IMG/VR virus record: IMGVR_UViG_3300023179_000057
Location: 27,655-91,654 of that record
Source of the DNA: a virus
Strand: one strand, 5' to 3'
DNA length: 64,000 bases
The translations under genes and the position numbers were made by a program. Under the pieces are notes generated by a model. The model was not told the DNA's origin. It saw nothing but the letters and a program-made list of their open reading frames with translations, and did no database searches. Positions 59,608 to 64,000 of this stretch are shown here, piece after piece (positions within the stretch are counted from its first letter, which is position 1; the number at the start of each line of letters is the position of its first letter).

Positions 59608-59701
59608 CTTCTTCCTCAAATTCTCTCAGGGCATTAGAACTTTTATAACAGTTGACACAATCTCCATTTATCAATTTACCACCACAATAATCACAGAACA
59701 T
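59600..59701 (-). CDS. 33-aa zinc-finger peptide
   Basis: MFCDYCGG...CVNC; leaderless promoter TGGTATCAT. Confidence 0.5.
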   Translation of the reverse strand: MFCDYCGGKLINGDCVNCYKSSNALREFEEEDD

Positions 59702-59724
59702 AGTTCTATGATACCAGATTTACT

Positions 59725-59850
59725 TTATTCTTGATTTCTGGCAATTTTTGCAGCAAGAATTTGCATACCAACCGCATTTGTTTTGCTAGATTCAATTTCA
59801 ATAGCCTCAATTTCTTGGGCTATTTTTTCACGTAATTGTTTTTCGTCCAT
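59725..59850 (-). CDS. 41-aa hypothetical peptide
   Basis: REKIAQEIEA...AAKIARN; paralogue of 59395..59607. Confidence 0.55.
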   Translation of the reverse strand: MDEKQLREKIAQEIEAIEIESSKTNAVGMQILAAKIARNQE

Positions 59851-59851
59851 G

Positions 59852-60247
59852 TTATTTTTCTATAGATTTACAAGTATTATCAAATTGTTTAATAACATTA
59901 ATTTTTAATGTCATTGCATTAGTAAGTGCCTCAACATTTTTATCAGTTAGTGCAATTTTTGTATTTTTTTCTATATTGATCCAAGAAAAAATAATTGATT
60001 TAATTTTTCCAGTTGTATTTTTTTGTTTTCTAGATATCATATTAATATTAGATTCAATTTCTTCTAAAACATCATTGTCACTGGCCAAGCCATCAGCCCA
60101 TTTCACCATATTTTCTGATTTATAATTTATTTTAATATTTTTACAAGCATATTTATTATTTTTTGTGTTTAAAGATTTTGTTGCTGCCTGCACAGAATTA
60201 ACAGGAAGCATAAGAATTATTAATGTACTTATTATTATTTTTTTCAT
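59852..60247 (-). CDS. Exported hypothetical protein
   Basis: Signal peptide ending VQA, two Cys. Confidence 0.6.
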   Translation of the reverse strand: MKKIIISTLIILMLPVNSVQAATKSLNTKNNKYACKNIKINYKSENMVKWADGLASDNDVLEEIESNINMISRKQKNTTGKIKSIIFSWINIEKNTKIALTDKNVEALTNAMTLKINVIKQFDNTCKSIEK

Positions 60248-60283
60248 ATTATAAGTATACCCTATCTGTTTTGTTTTGTAAAG

Positions 60284-60454
60284 TTACTTTTTATTTTTAA
60301 TTACTGGATCAAGCCTATCCCAGTGTCCATTAGGATTACCCTGGTAAGTTTCTCCAGTTTCTCTATCTATTAATATCCATTTTTCAGGAGACTTTGTATA
60401 AACAGTAAGATTTATAGGGTTAATAAGTTCTTTAAATTTTTTTGAGTTTCTCAT
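60284..60454 (-). CDS. Small hypothetical protein
   Basis: TKSPEKWILIDRETG; GAGG RBS. Confidence 0.55.
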   Translation of the reverse strand: MRNSKKFKELINPINLTVYTKSPEKWILIDRETGETYQGNPNGHWDRLDPVIKNKK

Positions 60455-60578
60455 TTATGCCTCTTTATATGATTATACATTGTTTGATATGCCATTGCTG
60501 ATCTTACTTGAATTTCTTCTTTACATATTTCGCAAATAACAATTCTATTGATTGACATACAATATTAATTTATTTAAA

Positions 60579-61283
60579 TTATTCATAACTTTTACGTGTC
60601 CAAAAATTTTTTTTATACCAACCTCTAAATACACTTCCTCCAGCATTATCATGAATATCTCCTATTTTGACTAAATTTTTTGTTTTTTTAGATTTCCAAT
60701 TTTCTTGACGAAATGGAATTAGTTGTGCAATTGGCGTTCCTTGTTCAATAATTCCTTCAAAATCTTTTTTAATATAAAATGGAGCATTTCCATGAGCATT
60801 CATAACAATTCCTCCATCAATTACTCCACTTATAGTCGTAAAAGGAAGATCATTTCTATTTAATGGGTGTGTAAATAATCCACTAAATCCTTTTGGTAAT
60901 GTATAAGATACACAATAATTCCATGTAAATTCTACTGGGTGGTGTCCAAATGGAACTAAACTCTCACTTGCTATATTATTTCTAATGCGAGGATGATGAA
61001 TAACTGAATTTCTAAAACCTATGGCTGGCATTCCATCATCATCAATTGTTATGTAAATATCATAAGGTAGTGTAATCATATAACCAATTGCAAAAGCATC
61101 AAAAAATGGCATGCATAGTTTTACAGTACTACCTAAACCTCTTTTTAAATTAAACATTTCATTATCTTGCCATTGTGGTATTTTTTTATACCATTCTGGT
61201 ATATTATTTTTTGCAGGAACTATTGAGTTTTGATAATACTCTAAAGATGATTCATATCTAAGTATTGGTTTTTTTTTGAACAT
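60579..61283 (-). CDS. dUTPase-fold paralogue 5
   Basis: PEWYK, KLCMPF.D...GY, HPLNR.DLPF, GVID, GTPIAQLIPF. Confidence 0.65.
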   Translation of the reverse strand: MFKKKPILRYESSLEYYQNSIVPAKNNIPEWYKKIPQWQDNEMFNLKRGLGSTVKLCMPFFDAFAIGYMITLPYDIYITIDDDGMPAIGFRNSVIHHPRIRNNIASESLVPFGHHPVEFTWNYCVSYTLPKGFSGLFTHPLNRNDLPFTTISGVIDGGIVMNAHGNAPFYIKKDFEGIIEQGTPIAQLIPFRQENWKSKKTKNLVKIGDIHDNAGGSVFRGWYKKNFWTRKSYE

Positions 61284-61659
61284 ACTTATCATTGTATCAC
61301 TTTAGACAGTTTTTTACAAGGCGGAATTTAATTAATAAATCTCTCTACCGTGCCTCTGGTGTCAAAACAATTTCGGCACAGTTCAATAAAAATATTACCT
61401 TTGGCCATGCCCTGAACCATATAGTCCCAGTCGTGCTCACAGGTATGTGGATCTTGGCGGTTTTTTAAGGCTTCCCGCATTTTATCTAAATTGCCATATT
61501 CCATAATATAAGTTTATCATTAAATAATATTAATTATCTTGTTGCTCAAGATCTTTTATTCTTGCCAGTATTCTATTGAACATATCCTTACGTTCTTCGG
61601 TAGATAATTCAATTCCCGTATCTATTTCTGTCATTGAAATCGCAAGGTATATCAAATTT

Positions 61660-61854
61660 TTATTCATAGGCCTGATTTAAAAACTCGTCTGCCCAAAAGG
61701 CTGCCAAAGATTCATTGCCTATATCATTAAAGTAATAACGATTTCTTTCAGGGCTATAGGTCCAACCCTTCCAAAGATTTTTATCTTCCTCTGCCCAAGT
61801 TAGATTAGTTTCTTTTTGAGCATAATCTTGTCCTATACTAGTCATTTCTGTCAT
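61660..61854 (-). CDS. Hypothetical protein
   Basis: Coupled small ORF. Confidence 0.45.
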   Translation of the reverse strand: MTEMTSIGQDYAQKETNLTWAEEDKNLWKGWTYSPERNRYYFNDIGNESLAAFWADEFLNQAYE

Positions 61855-62060
61855 GGGTTTCTATGCCTCCAATTTAGCAGGGTCCAAACAAATTCTCCAT
61901 ACCATTTATGAGAACAACGCTTAATACCTTCTTGTCCATAATGATCATACATAAATAAACTTAGTTTAACTTTATCTTTTGTTCTAATAAACTTTCCACA
62001 ATCAATACAACATTCAAAGACATACCGATTGATTGGTTTGTCAAAATCTACTGAATTCAT
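61851..62060 (-). CDS. Small Cys-containing hypothetical protein
   Basis: CIDCG; coupled ORF. Confidence 0.45.
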   Translation of the reverse strand: MNSVDFDKPINRYVFECCIDCGKFIRTKDKVKLSLFMYDHYGQEGIKRCSHKWYGEFVWTLLNWRHRNP

Positions 62061-62233
62061 TTTGTTAATTCTTTTTCAATGGCTTTAATGGTTTGGCAAG
62101 GCCAAGGCTTTTTATCTTCTTGGCATCTGTGAACCAATGTGCCTTCTGGGATATGAAGTTCGGCGACGGCACGAAGAGCCTCATCCAAATTAAAACATCC
62201 TGATGCAGCAATAAGGTTAGATATATTCTTCAT
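62057..62233 (-). CDS. Small actinophage-type protein (ALRAV.ELH...WPC.T)
   Basis: Leaderless ATG after TTGCTT-17-TATGAT. Confidence 0.55.
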   Translation of the reverse strand: MKNISNLIAASGCFNLDEALRAVAELHIPEGTLVHRCQEDKKPWPCQTIKAIEKELTK

Positions 62234-62267
62234 CAGTCAATCATATCAAATTTCGGTGGGAAAAGCA

Positions 62268-62379
62268 AGAGAGCCTTTTATCCACATGCTCAGGTGTATG
62301 CCAGTTATTTAATGTTGCTGTCTCCCCCAACAAGAGAGTTACGACTACACGGATAAATCCATCAATCGTTCGTGCCTCT
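62268..62379 (-). ncRNA. Candidate structured small RNA ending in pseudoknot copy 2
   Basis: TGATATAAT promoter at 62394-62386, two stem-loops and pseudoknot, no credible ORF. Confidence 0.45.
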
Positions 62380-62393
62380 GAAATAATTATATC

Positions 62394-63301
62394 AAGGTTT
62401 GGCAATAAAGGCAAGGCGCAAAATAGAACTATCAAACCTTCCCATGCCCAACATGGGCAATAGCGGTTAATATCCTAAAATCTGCGGGTATACAAAGAGT
62501 ATCGTAATACCCCCAGTGTAATACAAACCCTTATATCCAGATAGCCAGATATCCCAGATATCCCTGACATGAAGGTTTGATAGTATGTCCAATATTCCTG
62601 ATCAGAAGGTTTGGTATGGACAATATGTGACCAGGGCGATGGTTTGATACCCGCTTAAAATAGGCTTTAAAGGCTGATTTGATACCCTCTAGAAGTTGTC
62701 ATAGACAAAAATAAATCTTACTGATATTTTTATGAGTGGGTAAGAGTGGAGTAAAGTGGAGAGTAATGGGTGATAGAGCGCTTTTATAGATGGCGTCGTA
62801 ATCCTCTGGCGGGCCAAACCTCCTATCCCAAACCTTCCTATCCCCATAGCGGGCATGCATTATACTCCCAAACCATGGTTTTGTCAAACCTTCATAGCCC
62901 AAAAACCCCCATAAAAACATAACAAAAAAGTTACAAAAAGTTATAAAACACCAGGAAAAAAGTTAAAAAGGTTTGATAATTATGGTAAAAGTTTTAAATA
63001 ATTCGCAATTTAAATTCCCGCCTTCGTAATGTCTAATAGTACTGTGATTCAGCGCCTGGCGGGGCTGCAAAAAAGGCGGGGATAAAAAGATATACCAAAT
63101 ACTAGTAGTATAACAAACCCTATATTCCTGATAGGAAGGTTTGGCAGATATGAGGTTTGAAGGTTTGGGATATAAAGGTTTGAAAGGTTTGGTATGAATC
63201 TGGAAAATTTTATAGGTTTCGTAATCTCCCACGATCTGGGATTTTTTTCAAAGGCTTCTTAATGTCTTTTCGTAAAATGTATGTCCAATATGTGTGGTTT
63301 G
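62394..63301. repeat. Non-coding region with ~18 dispersed (AA)GGTTTG/CAAACC(TT) motifs in both orientations
   Basis: Copies counted by eye, e.g. 62394, 62433, 62572, 62606, 62829, 62885, 62968, 63136, 63160, 63175, 63184. Confidence 0.8.
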
Positions 63302-63324
63302 ATATGATTTGCCCGAGCCAACGG

Positions 63325-63591
63325 CTACGCCTGGAATCCTAACATCTCATCCAGACTTTCCCACTCTTTATCTGGTATGCCAAGAGCACCAAGTAATAAA
63401 TCATAGGTTTCATTTATATATATTGCTGACTGCTCACTTGGTAAAACAATTTCGTTCATTAACAAATAGGCTAATGGCAAACCAATATCGTTGTATTCTA
63501 TAAAATCCTCTAACTCATCATCATCACGATAGTTCATCCACAACTCAGCAAGGATAGTTATTTTGTTTTGAAGTATATTACCGCCTGCCAT
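63325..63591 (-). CDS. Acidic hypothetical protein
   Basis: ILAELW...FIEYNDIGLPLAY. Confidence 0.6.
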   Translation of the reverse strand: MAGGNILQNKITILAELWMNYRDDDELEDFIEYNDIGLPLAYLLMNEIVLPSEQSAIYINETYDLLLGALGIPDKEWESLDEMLGFQA

Positions 63592-63811
63592 GATAAACTC
63601 CCCTGTCCAGTTGGTCAACTTCTTTATTATACTGCATGGCTTCTAAAACTTCATTAGCCCTAGTATAAATAATATGGGGAGAAGATTTTGCTAAATAAAA
63701 TCCAATGGCTTCTAAGTCAAGAGTAAAGTCAGATAATAGAGTAGTTATTCTACCTGCGACCTTTTCCTCTTTACTTATTCCAAGCCTAATAGACCTACGC
63801 ATAAAACCCAT
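63578..63811 (-). CDS. Hypothetical protein
   Basis: SKEEKVA...LSDFTLDLE; promoter TGATACAAT upstream. Confidence 0.55.
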   Translation of the reverse strand: MGFMRRSIRLGISKEEKVAGRITTLLSDFTLDLEAIGFYLAKSSPHIIYTRANEVLEAMQYNKEVDQLDRGVYHGRR

Positions 63812-63825
63812 TTCTCCATTGTATC

Positions 63826-63870
63826 AAAAAAGGAAGGGGGGCACAACCCCACCACAAAGTGTGCCCCACC
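63826..63870 (-). terminator. Intrinsic terminator on minus strand
   Basis: GGGGCACA/TGTGCCCC stem, U-tract from forward A run 63826-63831. Confidence 0.65.
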
Positions 63871-64000
63871 TTTTATGTTAGCGAGAGGTGACCCCTACCT
63901 CCGCTGCTGAGGCCCCCACAGTGGAAAGGACACTGCTGGGCAAATTATAATTAATAAAACTGTCAATGTCTTTATGGTCTACCCCATCATGACTGATAGT

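Noticed and set aside
346-59734. Numerous short antisense or alternate-frame ORFs in the track (e.g. 6398..6739, 9464..9940, 40018..40545, 45070..45648)
   Set aside because: Shadows of long, motif-bearing genes on the other strand or frame
62268-62379. Pistol, twister or hammerhead ribozyme
   Set aside because: TTAAATA after a hairpin is reminiscent of pistol, but the required pseudoknot partner and catalytic core could not be matched; no CUGAnGA/GAAA core
62394-63301. Repeat region as a CRISPR array
   Set aside because: Repeats are 6-8 nt, in both orientations and irregularly spaced
62241-63503. ORF-track ORFs 62241..62435, 62699..62920, 62963..63232 and 63309..63503
   Set aside because: No RBS, atypical composition, overlap promoters and repeats or lie antisense to a better gene
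1-64000. Stop-codon reassignment, prophage/integrase, DGR or retron
   Set aside because: Genes are full-length in the standard code and end in TAA, TAG and TGA; no integrase or reverse transcriptase motifs in the window

Overview
A 64-kb internal slice of an AT-rich tailed-phage (siphovirus-like Caudoviricetes) genome. WhiB, an MSMEG_6728-type glycosylase, DnaE and many leaderless promoters point to an actinobacterial host, probably a low-GC freshwater lineage (inference). Gene order: end of the major capsid gene and head-tail/tail module (1-19.5 kb); replication/recombination (DnaB, primase, SSB, DnaE, RecA, two resolvase-like nucleases, Cas4-like exonuclease; 19.5-31.2 kb); terminase (33.8-36.1 kb); two large exported proteins and a lysis cassette (36-41.7 kb); an accessory region (Ntn protease, tRNA-Gly/Glu, Hsp20, thermonuclease, thioredoxin, modular head-associated proteins, WhiB, methyltransferase); a glycosyltransferase/FkbM cluster at the strand switch (53.7-58.7 kb); small minus-strand genes; and a ~0.9-kb repeat-rich non-coding stretch (62.4-63.3 kb). 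No integrase, CRISPR array, intron, intein or reverse transcriptase was seen. The most notable observations are: (i) five dispersed paralogues of a degenerate dUTPase-fold family with an invariant Cys; (ii) tail assembly chaperones G and GT apparently produced by gene duplication instead of frameshifting; (iii) a covarying H-type pseudoknot present twice, one copy ending a promoter-driven ~110-nt ncRNA candidate; (iv) modular proteins sharing a C-terminal W-x-G-S-x-F-x-L tag (candidate capsid-loading signal); (v) a host-like surface protein plus a glycan-building cluster. All calls come from motif reading only; no searches were run.
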